Below are positions 56,119 through 64,000 of a DNA stretch of 64,000 nucleotides, in pieces. Location: assembly GCA_902466285.1 (NCBI GenBank), contig CABQQK010000001.1, positions 31,702 through 95,701 of the forward strand, read 5' to 3'. This DNA is from an uncultured Collinsella sp. GTDB taxonomy: Bacteria; Actinomycetota; Coriobacteriia; Coriobacteriales; Coriobacteriaceae. Within the stretch, counting starts at the first letter, position 1. Every line of letters begins with the position of its first letter. A model generated the notes under the pieces. The model was not told the origin of the DNA and made no database searches. It worked only from the letters and a program-made list of their open reading frames with translations. A program made the translations under genes and the position numbers.

Positions 56119-56883
56119 TTACTGATAATCGACGACGTCGATCCAGTTCTTCAGGAACTCATCGTTCACGTTGCGCTTACGAGCGAGCTCGGAAGCGGCG
56201 ACGATGCTCGTCCACTGACGCACGACCTGCATGGGCATGTCGGCGCGGTCGCAGTAGAGCTCCAGGTAGGCCTCAGCCTGGTCCTTGCTGTTGAGGGCGA
56301 AGAGCAGGTAGGTGGTGGCAACGTCGGCAGCAGGGGAGCCCTGGGTGGCGTGTGCCCAGTCGCACACATAGAGCTGGCCGTCGTCGCCGACGATGACGTT
56401 GGAGGGGTTGAAGTCGCCGTGGCAGACCTTGAACTCCTTGGTCATGCCGTCCAGACGCTCCTGAAGGTTGTAGCGCGTGGTGGCATTGATCTGATCAAGG
56501 CTGTCGATCATGCGGGCGAACTTGTCGCGCTGACGGTTGAGCAGCGGGGAGGTGTAGCCGTGGATCTCGATCTGGAGGTCGACAAACATCTCGAGATACT
56601 CACCAAAGCGCTGAGGCTCGGCAGTCATCTTCTCGGCAAGGGTGGTGCCCGGAACCTTCTCGGTCACGAGCGCCCAGCCGTTGGCGTTCTCGAGCTGGGA
56701 AACCTCGAGAGCCTTGGGGCTGCGGATGCCGCACTCATTGATGCGGGCAAGATTCAAAGCCTCGTTGAACACGTCGGAGACGGGCTTGGTCTCGTTAAAG
56801 ACCTTGACGATCTTGTCGCCCAGGTCGTAAACGACCTTGTTGCCACGGCGGACGAGCTCGGTCTTGGAATCGGGTAGCAGCAT
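56119..56883 (-). CDS. Small-molecule kinase of the APH/choline-kinase (phosphotransferase enzyme) family; substrate unknown
   Basis: The 254-aa ORF has a Brenner-type catalytic loop VCHGDFNPSNVIV and a DW metal-binding motif (YVCDWAHA), with an N-terminal lysine subdomain (IVKVF). Confidence 0.65.
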   Translation of the reverse strand: MLLPDSKTELVRRGNKVVYDLGDKIVKVFNETKPVSDVFNEALNLARINECGIRSPKALEVSQLENANGWALVTEKVPGTTLAEKMTAEPQRFGEYLEMFVDLQIEIHGYTSPLLNRQRDKFARMIDSLDQINATTRYNLQERLDGMTKEFKVCHGDFNPSNVIVGDDGQLYVCDWAHATQGSPAADVATTYLLFALNSKDQAEAYLELYCDRADMPMQVVRQWTSIVAASELARKRNVNDEFLKNWIDVVDYQ

Positions 56884-56971
56884 GGTTGCATCCTTTCAAC
56901 GATGCGATAGAAGCGACGGCGGGGGTGTGTGAAACACCCGTGCACCCCCGCCGTTAAAAACCGTGCTAAAA

Positions 56972-59620
56972 CTAGCAGACGGCGTAGTCCTGAGGCTCGC
57001 GGCCGTAGTAGGCGTCCAGGTAGAGCTCCTTGATCTCGCTCATGAGCGGGTAGCGCGGGTTGGCGCCGGTGCACTGGTCGTTGAATGCCTGCTCGGTCAT
57101 CTCGTCGAGGGTGTCGAGGAAGTACTGCTCGTCAACACCGTAGTCGGCGATGGTCTTCTTGACGCCGATGAAGTCCTTGAGCTCCTCGAGCTTCGTGATG
57201 AAGTTCTCGAAGACCTCCTTGTCGTCCTTGCCCTCGATGCCGCAGTACTTGGCCATCTCGGCGTAGTTGTGCAGCGCGTTGGGGTAAGGATACTGGGAGA
57301 AGGTACCCATCTTGACGGGAGCCTCGGCGGCGTTGTAGCGCATAACGCGGGTCAGGATGACGGCGTTGGCGAGGCCGTGGGGCAGGTGATGGAAGGCGCC
57401 GAGCTTATGAGCCATGGAGTGGTTGAGGCCCAGGAAGGCGTTGGCGAAGGCCATACCGGCCATGCAAGAGGCGTTGTGCATCTCCTCGCGGGCATGCGGG
57501 TCCTTGGCGCCGTTCGTGAAGCTGGAGGGCAGGTTCTCGAAGACGAGCTTAGCAGCGCGCTCGGAGAGGCCCTTGGTGTAGTCGGAAGCCATGATGGAGA
57601 CGTAGGACTCGATGGCGTGGGTCATGACGTCGATGCCGGAGGCAGCGGTCAGGCCGCGCGGGGCGGTCATGCAGTTGTCGGCGTCGACGATAGCCATGTT
57701 GGGGAGCAGCGCGTAGTCGGCGAGCGGCCACTTGATGCCAGTCTCCTTGTCGGTGATGATGGCGAACGGCGTGCACTCGGAGCCGGTACCCGAAGAGGTC
57801 GGGACGGCGACGAAGTAGGCCTTCTTGCCCATCTCGGGGAAAGTGAAGATACGCTTGCGGATGTCCATGAAGTCCATGGCCATGTCCTCAAACTTGCACT
57901 CGGGGTGCTCGTACATCATCCACATGATCTTGCCGGCGTCCATGGCGGAGCCACCGCCGACGGCGATGATCACGTCAGGCTCAAAGAGAGCCATCTGCTT
58001 GGCGCCGCGACGTGCGCACTGCAGCGACGGATCGGGCTCGACGTCGTAGAAGCAGTCGTGGGCGATGCCCATCTCGTCGAGCTTGGCCTCGATGGCGCGG
58101 GTGTTGCCATTCTTGAAGAGGAACTGGTCGGTGACGATGAAGGCGCGCTTCTTGCCCATGACGGTACCGAGCTCGTCGAGGGCGACGGGCGTGGAACCCT
58201 TCTTGAAGTAGACCTTCTCGGGAGCGCGGAACCACAGCATGTTCTCACGGCGCTCGGCCACAGTCTTAACGTTGATCAAGTGCTTCACCCCAACGTTCTC
58301 GGAGACGGAGTTGCCGCCCCAGGAGCCGCAGCCCAGGGTCAGAGACGGCTTCATGCCAAAGTTGTACAGGTCACCGATGCCGCCGTGCGAGGACGGGGTG
58401 TTGATGACGATGCGGCAGGCCTTCATGACGTGCTCGAACAGACTGATCTTCTCGGCCTGGGCGGGGTGCACGTACAGAGAGGCGGTGTGGCCCGGGCCAC
58501 CGGCGAGCACCAGGTGCTCGGCCTTGTCGACGGCCTCCTGGAAGTCCTTGGCGTGATACATGGCCAGGACCGGGGAGAGCTTCTCGTGGGAGAACTCTTC
58601 CTTGGCGGGGTCGGTGGAGGTGACCTCGGCGATCAGGATCTTGGTCTTGGCGGGAACCTCGATGCCGGCGAGCTCGGCGATCTTGGCGGCAGCCATGCCG
58701 GGGATGCGGTGATCGAGGGCGCCGTTCTTGAACATGGCGGCACGCAGGGCCTCCATCTCGGCACCCTGCTTGACGAAGTAGCAGCCGCGCTTCTGGAACT
58801 CGGCCTTAACCTGGTCATAGATGGTGTCGATGACGGTCACGGACTGCTCGGAAGCGCAGATCATGCCGTTGTCGAAGGTCTTGGAGTGGATGATGGAGTT
58901 GACGGCGAGCAGCACATCGGCGGTGTCGTCGATGACGACCGGGGTGTTACCGGCGCCAACGCCCAGGGCGGGCTTGCCCGAGGAGTAGGCGGCCTTGACC
59001 ATGCCCGGGCCACCGGTGGCGAGGATGATGTCGACGTCGCGCATGACCATGTTGGTCAGCTCGATGGAGGGGACATCGACCCAGCCGATGATACCCTCGG
59101 GGGCGCCGGCCTTGACGGCGGCGTCAAGCACGAGCTTGGCGGCGGCGATGGTGCACTTGGCGGCAGCCGGGTGCGGGGAGATGATGATGGCGTTGCGGGT
59201 CTTCAGGCTGATCAGCGTCTTGAAGATCGCAGTGGAGGTGGGGTTGGTCGTCGGGATGACGGCGCCCACGATACCGATGGGCTCGGCGATCTTGGTGATG
59301 CCATAAGCCTCGTCGCGCTCCAGGACACCACAGGTCTTGGTGTTCTTGTAAGCGTTGTAGATGTACTCTGCGGCGTAGTGGTTCTTGATGACCTTGTCCT
59401 CAAGAACGCCGCGGCCGGTCTCCTCGATGGCCATCTTCGCCAACGGGATACGAGCCTTGTTGGCGGCCATGGCGGCCTCATAGAAGATCTTGTCGACCTG
59501 CTCCTGCGTGTACGTAGCAAAAAGCGCCTGGGCCTCTCGCATCTGAGCGAGCTTAGCCTCAAGCGCCTCTACGTTGTCCACAATTGCGGGAGTAGTGTTT
59601 TCCGGTGACTTTTTCACCAT
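56972..59620 (-). CDS. adhE: Bifunctional acetaldehyde-CoA / alcohol dehydrogenase
   Basis: The 882-aa ORF has an N-terminal ALDH domain (VIPTTNPTST; catalytic Cys in FDNGMICASEQ) fused to an iron-type ADH (GGGSAMDAGK; His ligands). Confidence 0.9.
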   Translation of the reverse strand: MVKKSPENTTPAIVDNVEALEAKLAQMREAQALFATYTQEQVDKIFYEAAMAANKARIPLAKMAIEETGRGVLEDKVIKNHYAAEYIYNAYKNTKTCGVLERDEAYGITKIAEPIGIVGAVIPTTNPTSTAIFKTLISLKTRNAIIISPHPAAAKCTIAAAKLVLDAAVKAGAPEGIIGWVDVPSIELTNMVMRDVDIILATGGPGMVKAAYSSGKPALGVGAGNTPVVIDDTADVLLAVNSIIHSKTFDNGMICASEQSVTVIDTIYDQVKAEFQKRGCYFVKQGAEMEALRAAMFKNGALDHRIPGMAAAKIAELAGIEVPAKTKILIAEVTSTDPAKEEFSHEKLSPVLAMYHAKDFQEAVDKAEHLVLAGGPGHTASLYVHPAQAEKISLFEHVMKACRIVINTPSSHGGIGDLYNFGMKPSLTLGCGSWGGNSVSENVGVKHLINVKTVAERRENMLWFRAPEKVYFKKGSTPVALDELGTVMGKKRAFIVTDQFLFKNGNTRAIEAKLDEMGIAHDCFYDVEPDPSLQCARRGAKQMALFEPDVIIAVGGGSAMDAGKIMWMMYEHPECKFEDMAMDFMDIRKRIFTFPEMGKKAYFVAVPTSSGTGSECTPFAIITDKETGIKWPLADYALLPNMAIVDADNCMTAPRGLTAASGIDVMTHAIESYVSIMASDYTKGLSERAAKLVFENLPSSFTNGAKDPHAREEMHNASCMAGMAFANAFLGLNHSMAHKLGAFHHLPHGLANAVILTRVMRYNAAEAPVKMGTFSQYPYPNALHNYAEMAKYCGIEGKDDKEVFENFITKLEELKDFIGVKKTIADYGVDEQYFLDTLDEMTEQAFNDQCTGANPRYPLMSEIKELYLDAYYGREPQDYAVC

Positions 59621-59714
59621 TTGTGTCTCCTTGCGATCGGAGATTTACCCTACGTCTTGCATGATAGCAAGAAATAATTCGGTAAACGGTAAGATTCCCG
59701 TAAAAGGCACACTA

Positions 59715-59743
59715 AAACGCTTCAATAAACTGAAACGCTTCAA
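59715..59743. promoter_or_regulatory. Two copies of an 11-bp direct repeat (AAACGCTTCAA), 18 bp centre-to-centre, in the adhE upstream region
   Basis: ctAAAACGCTTCAAtaaactgAAACGCTTCAActataac lies ~95-125 bp upstream of the adhE start codon (on the adhE strand this reads TTGAAGCGTTT-N7-TTGAAGCGTTT). A 16-bp palindrome CTTGCATGATAGCAAG lies nearer the start, at ~59656-59671. Confidence 0.5.
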
Positions 59744-59777
59744 CTATAACTTTTAACTTTCCGTTTGCCGCATCGCC

Positions 59778-60042
59778 CCACTCATTGGGGACAGACTTAT
59801 ATGAGTATTTCAATGGGAAAACGGGGAGAACGGGGCACCTGTTTGACAATCGCTATTCGCGGGTCGCGGTCGAGTCGGACACGCAGGCGGTCCAGTTGCT
59901 CGATTATATCCATCTCAATCCTGTGAAAGGCGCGCTCGACTCGCTCGATGCGTACCGCTGGTCAAGCTTCAAGGCATATCAGCTGGGCTATGATTCCTTT
60001 GACATCTGCAAACACTCATGTAAGTCTGTCCCCAATGAGTGC
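59778..60042. mobile_element. About 265-bp MITE-like remnant: a 5'-truncated RAYT/IS200-like (Y1, PF01797-type) transposase fragment bracketed by ~27-bp inverted repeats
   Basis: Left arm CCACTCATTGGGGACAGACTTATATGAG (~59778-59805). Right arm CTCATGTAAGTCTGTCCCCAATGAGTGC (~60015-60042) is its reverse complement with 2 mismatches. Confidence 0.6.
59786..59990 (+). pseudogene. Truncated REP-associated tyrosine transposase (RAYT/IS200-like) lacking the N-terminal HuH domain
   Basis: Translation GHLFDNRYSRVAVESDTQAVQLLDYIHLNPVKGALDSLDAYRWSSFKAY matches the conserved C-terminal block of RAYT/IS200 TnpA (HLWQ.R...DYIH.NPVK.G.V....WPWSS). No HxH motif precedes it, and the reading frame then drifts into unrelated sequence (track ORF 59785..60135). 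Confidence 0.6.
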
Positions 60043-60143
60043 AAAAAGGCGCCCTCCGTGGGGGAGGACGCCTTTGGTAAGTTCTATATGAACGCGAGGT
60101 CTTTGACCCGGAGAGTCCGAGGTACTTGTTGGTAAGACCTTAT

Positions 60144-60332
60144 TTAGGAGCGCGCAACCTTGCCGGACTTGAGGCAGGTGGAGCAAACGTTCATCTTGCG
60201 ACGGTGACCATCGACGACGACGTAAACGCGCTGGATGTTGGGGCGGAACTTACGGTTGGTGACGCGGTGAGAGTGGCTGATGGAGCGACCGGCAACGGGG
60301 TGCTTACCGCAAACTTCGCAAACTTTGGACAT
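60144..60332 (-). CDS. rpmB: 50S ribosomal protein L28
   Basis: MSKVCEVCGKHPVAGRSISHSHRVTNRKFRPNIQRV is canonical L28. The track ORF extends 16 codons upstream to 60380. Confidence 0.85.
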   Translation of the reverse strand: MSKVCEVCGKHPVAGRSISHSHRVTNRKFRPNIQRVYVVVDGHRRKMNVCSTCLKSGKVARS

Positions 60333-60771
60333 AACTGACCCTCCTTGGGCGACAAACGAACATGTCGCGTTAACAAACAAGCCTGAACTATAGCACAGAA
60401 GCAGCTCCCTGTGCGTAATCTACACAGAGATATTCCTCTTTTGGCGATAGTGCTCACGCCACGGCCCTGGACGTAGATCCGATTTGCGTGCAGCAGAGGG
60501 GATTATGCCAGCTCGTGCGTGCGTTTTCAAGCTCGTCCCACAAATATATATAGGTTTATGGAGCGCCTGCGCCCGTTTACGGATTGTTCTGTATTTATGC
60601 TCGCAATTAAGCTCGAGGTTGGCTACACTATCCCTTGACCATTAAAGGGGTACGAGATACCCACATGGAATTACATAGCTGCCAAAGAGCAGCCCTTCCT
60701 GTGGGTGTCTGGTCCGCTTTAAGCGGTCGGGCATCTATTTTTTTGACTGTGTCAGCAGTCAAGACATGTGA

Positions 60772-61368
<597 letters not shown>

Positions 61369-61372
61369 TACC

Positions 61373-62317
61373 GTGGCGTTCAACCATAAGCACCTGATCG
61401 ACATTACCGAGTACTCCGAAGAGGACATCAAGCTCATCCTCGAGACCGCCAAGGCGTTCTCTGAGGTCAACGAGCGTGCGATCAAGAAGGTCCCCACGCT
61501 CAAGGGCAAGACCATCGTCAACATGTTCAACGAGCCCTCGACGCGCACCCGCAGCTCCTTCGAGCTCGCCGAGAAGCGCCTTTCGGCCGACAGCCTCAAC
61601 TTTGGCGGCTCCTCGACCTCCACGGTCAAGGGCGAGAGCCTCGTCGACACCGTCGAGACCCTCAACGCCTACAAGATTGATTGCATCGTCGTTCGCGATA
61701 AGCACGCCGGTGCTCCCTACATCGTCACGCAGAACTCGCCCGCGAGCGTCATCTGCGCCGGCGACGGCAAGCACAACCACCCCACGCAGGCCCTGCTCGA
61801 CCTGTACACCATCTGGGAGCACAAGGGTGACTTCCACGGTCTGAAGGTCGCCGTCGTCGGCGATATCGCGCACTCCCGCGTGTGCGGCTCGCTGATCCCC
61901 GCCCTTAAGATCATGGGCTGCGAGACCTACGCTGTCGCCCCCGGCACGCTGCTGCCGCCGGCGCCCGAGGTTCTGGGTTGCGACCACGTGACGAGCGACC
62001 TCGATTCCGTCCTGCCCGAGCTGGACGTCGTCTACATGTTGCGCGTGCAGCAGGAGCGCCTCGAGGGCGCACCGTTCCCCACGATTCGTGAGTACCACAA
62101 GCTCTTCGGTCTGACCAAGGACCGCGAGAAGCTCATGAAGCCCGATGCGATTATCTGCCACCCGGGCCCCATCAACCGCGGCGTTGAGTTCGACTCCTAT
62201 ATGGCCGACCACCCGCAACGCTCCGTCATCCTGGAGCAGGTCTACGCCGGTATCTGCGTGCGTATGGCTATCCTGTATCTGCTGCTTGGAGGTGCCGATA
62301 ATGGCCTTGCTTCTTAA
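61373..62317 (+). CDS. pyrB: Aspartate carbamoyltransferase catalytic subunit
   Basis: FNEPSTRTRSSFE (STRTR carbamoyl-phosphate motif) and HPGP. Start GTG 61373, or GTG 61361 overlapping the pyrR stop. Confidence 0.9.
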   Translation: MAFNHKHLIDITEYSEEDIKLILETAKAFSEVNERAIKKVPTLKGKTIVNMFNEPSTRTRSSFELAEKRLSADSLNFGGSSTSTVKGESLVDTVETLNAYKIDCIVVRDKHAGAPYIVTQNSPASVICAGDGKHNHPTQALLDLYTIWEHKGDFHGLKVAVVGDIAHSRVCGSLIPALKIMGCETYAVAPGTLLPPAPEVLGCDHVTSDLDSVLPELDVVYMLRVQQERLEGAPFPTIREYHKLFGLTKDREKLMKPDAIICHPGPINRGVEFDSYMADHPQRSVILEQVYAGICVRMAILYLLLGGADNGLAS

Positions 62318-63590
62318 GAATGCCCACGTCGTCGATCCGTCCGTCGAGCTTGACGGTGTCGTCGACGTCCTGATCGACGGTGACAAGATCGCCGAGGTCG
62401 GCGAGAACCTCGCCGCCGAGGGAGCCGAGGTCCGCGACCTTTCCGGCAAGTATCTCGTCCCCGGCCTGGTGGATATGCACGTGCATCTGCGCGAGCCTGG
62501 CTACGAGGTCAAAGAGGACATCGAGAGCGGCACCCGCGCTGCTGCCAAGGGCGGCTTCACCGGCGTGTGCGCCATGCCCAACACCGATCCCGTCACCGAT
62601 AACGGCACCGTCGTGGAGTTCGTCAAGTCCCGCGCTGCCGAGGTCGGCCACTGCCGCGTCTATCCGTCGGGCGCCATGACCCGCGGTCTTAAGGGCGAGG
62701 CCATGTCCGAGATGGGCGATATGGTCGCCCACGGCGCCGTCGCCTTCACCGACGATGGTCGCGGCGTGCAGGGCGCGGGCATGCTCCGTCGCTGCATGGA
62801 CTACGGCAAGATGTTCGGCAAGGTCTTTATGAGCCACTGCCAGGACGAGGATCTGGTCGGCCACGGCCAGATCAACGAGGGCAAGGTCTCGACCCGTCTG
62901 GCCCTCGAGGGTTGGCCGGCCGCCGGCGAGGAGCTTCAGATTGCCCGCGACATCGAGATTGCCAAGCTGACCGGTGCCAAGCTGCACATCCAGCACATCT
63001 CCACCGCTCATGGCCTGGAGCTCGTGCGTGCCGGTAAGGCTGCCGGTGTCCAGGTGACCTGCGAGGCCACCCCGCACCACATGTTCCTGACCGAGAACGA
63101 CCTGGACGAGACCTACAACACCTCGCTCAAGGTCAATCCGCCGCTGCGCACTGACGAGGATGCCGAGGCCATCCGTCAGGGTGTCATCGACGGTACCGTC
63201 GACGCTATCGTTACCGACCACGCTCCCCACACCCCGTGGGAGAAGGCCCGCGAGTTCGAGCTCGCGCCCTTTGGAATGATTGGCCTCGAGACTTCGCTGT
63301 CGCTCGTGCTCACTGAGCTGGTCAACACGGGCAAGATGAGCGTGAGCCGCATGGTCGAGCTCATGGCCATCAAGCCGCGTGAGATTCTGGGCCTCGATCA
63401 GGTTCAGGTCAAGGCGGGCTCTGTCGCCGACCTGACCGTGTTCGACCCCTCCGCAACCTGGACGGTTGGCGAGGACGGTTACGAGTCGCGCGCCGAGAAC
63501 TCCGGTTTTGCCGGCCGCACGCTCACCGGTCGTGCCACCGATGTATTTGTCGGTGGCAAGCAGACGCTCGCCGACGGCTGCATCTGCTAG
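62301..63590 (+). CDS. pyrC: Dihydroorotase (class I, multidomain)
   Basis: MALLLKNAHVVDP...VDMHVHLREPG (metal-binding HxH) and the DHAPHT catalytic Asp. Overlaps pyrB by 17 nt. Confidence 0.9.
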   Translation: MALLLKNAHVVDPSVELDGVVDVLIDGDKIAEVGENLAAEGAEVRDLSGKYLVPGLVDMHVHLREPGYEVKEDIESGTRAAAKGGFTGVCAMPNTDPVTDNGTVVEFVKSRAAEVGHCRVYPSGAMTRGLKGEAMSEMGDMVAHGAVAFTDDGRGVQGAGMLRRCMDYGKMFGKVFMSHCQDEDLVGHGQINEGKVSTRLALEGWPAAGEELQIARDIEIAKLTGAKLHIQHISTAHGLELVRAGKAAGVQVTCEATPHHMFLTENDLDETYNTSLKVNPPLRTDEDAEAIRQGVIDGTVDAIVTDHAPHTPWEKAREFELAPFGMIGLETSLSLVLTELVNTGKMSVSRMVELMAIKPREILGLDQVQVKAGSVADLTVFDPSATWTVGEDGYESRAENSGFAGRTLTGRATDVFVGGKQTLADGCIC

Positions 63591-63682
63591 CATAGCCTTA
63601 TCGCTTTTGTGCGCGGCGCCCTTGCGGTGCCGCGCTTTCTGTTCGTTTAGACCATGCAACCGCATGGGGGATTGGAGCGTCT

Positions 63683-64000
63683 ATGCCCACACCTTCCACT
63701 GCACGCATGCACGACTTCGAGGTCGTCTCGAACCGGGAGATCGCCGACGGCATCTTCTCGCTCGTAATCTCGGCCCCCAAGCTTGCAAGTGCGCTCAAGC
63801 CCGGTCAGTTTGTGAACATTGCCGTGCCCGGCGATGCCTCCTCGCTGCTTCGCGTGCCCCTGAGCTTCTATCGCGCCGACGCCGAGGCCGGCACCGTCGA
63901 GCTGTGGTACGCCGTCGTGGGCGACGATACCCGCCGTTTGTCTCAGATGGGCCCTGGCTCCACCTCTAACCTGTTGGGCCCCGGTGGCCGTGGCTGGATG
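63683..64000 (+). CDS. pyrK: Dihydroorotate dehydrogenase electron-transfer subunit PyrK (N-terminal part; continues beyond the window)
   Basis: My translation MPTPSTARMHDFEVVSNREIADGIFSLVISAPKLASALKPGQFVNIAVPGD...RVPLSF gives a PyrK-like FAD-binding beta-barrel N-terminus. The ORF is open at the window end and absent from the track. Confidence 0.65.
   Translation, partial: MPTPSTARMHDFEVVSNREIADGIFSLVISAPKLASALKPGQFVNIAVPGDASSLLRVPLSFYRADAEAGTVELWYAVVGDDTRRLSQMGPGSTSNLLGPGGRGWM

Noticed and set aside
56963-59608. An 881-aa plus-strand ORF
   Set aside because: It is antisense to adhE, whose ALDH and Fe-ADH motifs are unambiguous. Its translation is a G/D/V/L-rich repetitive artefact.

Overview
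The window is a 64-kb GC-rich (about 60-65% by eye) bacterial chromosomal segment that is almost entirely conserved housekeeping DNA. The gene order resembles that of low-GC Gram-positive bacteria (rpsB-tsf-pyrH-frr-uppS-cdsA-dxr-rseP-ispG-proS; dprA-trmFO-xerC; pyrR-pyrB-pyrC-pyrK; mreBCD-mrdA-rodA) despite the high GC, so an actinobacterial lineage such as Coriobacteriia is plausible (inference only). From left to right it contains: (1) a seven-gene shikimate/aromatic amino-acid operon on the minus strand, with DAHP synthase, tyrA, aroB, aroA, aroC, pheA and an apparent aroE-aroK fusion; (2) tRNA-Arg(CCG) with a near-consensus promoter; (3) a P-type ATPase, a pair of single-pass membrane proteins (double zinc-ribbon, TPR) flanking a cyclophilin; (4) mreB-mreC-mreD-mrdA-rodA, followed by an uncharacterised ORF and the TIGR03960/TIGR03936 radical-SAM pair of unknown function; (5) rplU-rpmA-obg-nadD-yqeK-rsfS, a convergent dinB, then rpsP-KH-rimM-trmD-lepB, glyQS, a PDRP/PPDK pair, a displaced rplS, rnhB-yraN-comM-dprA-trmFO-xerC, and rpsB through proS; (6) a convergent APH-like kinase and adhE, a decayed RAYT/IS200-like transposase remnant bracketed by about 27-bp inverted repeats, rpmB, and the start of the pyr operon. 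I found no CRISPR array, toxin-antitoxin pair, obvious defence island or rRNA. Most long antisense ORFs in the supplied track are high-GC artefacts shadowing the real genes. The points most worth follow-up are the uncharacterised ORF fused to the 3' end of the mre/rodA operon, the function-unknown radical-SAM pair sitting next to rplU-rpmA-obg without the usual RNase E/G, a perfect 34-bp-arm AT-rich palindrome between the PDRP and PPDK genes, the MITE-like RAYT remnant, and a xerC gene whose conserved N-terminus lies upstream of any canonical start codon. Hand-derived coordinates may be off by 1-2 nt.
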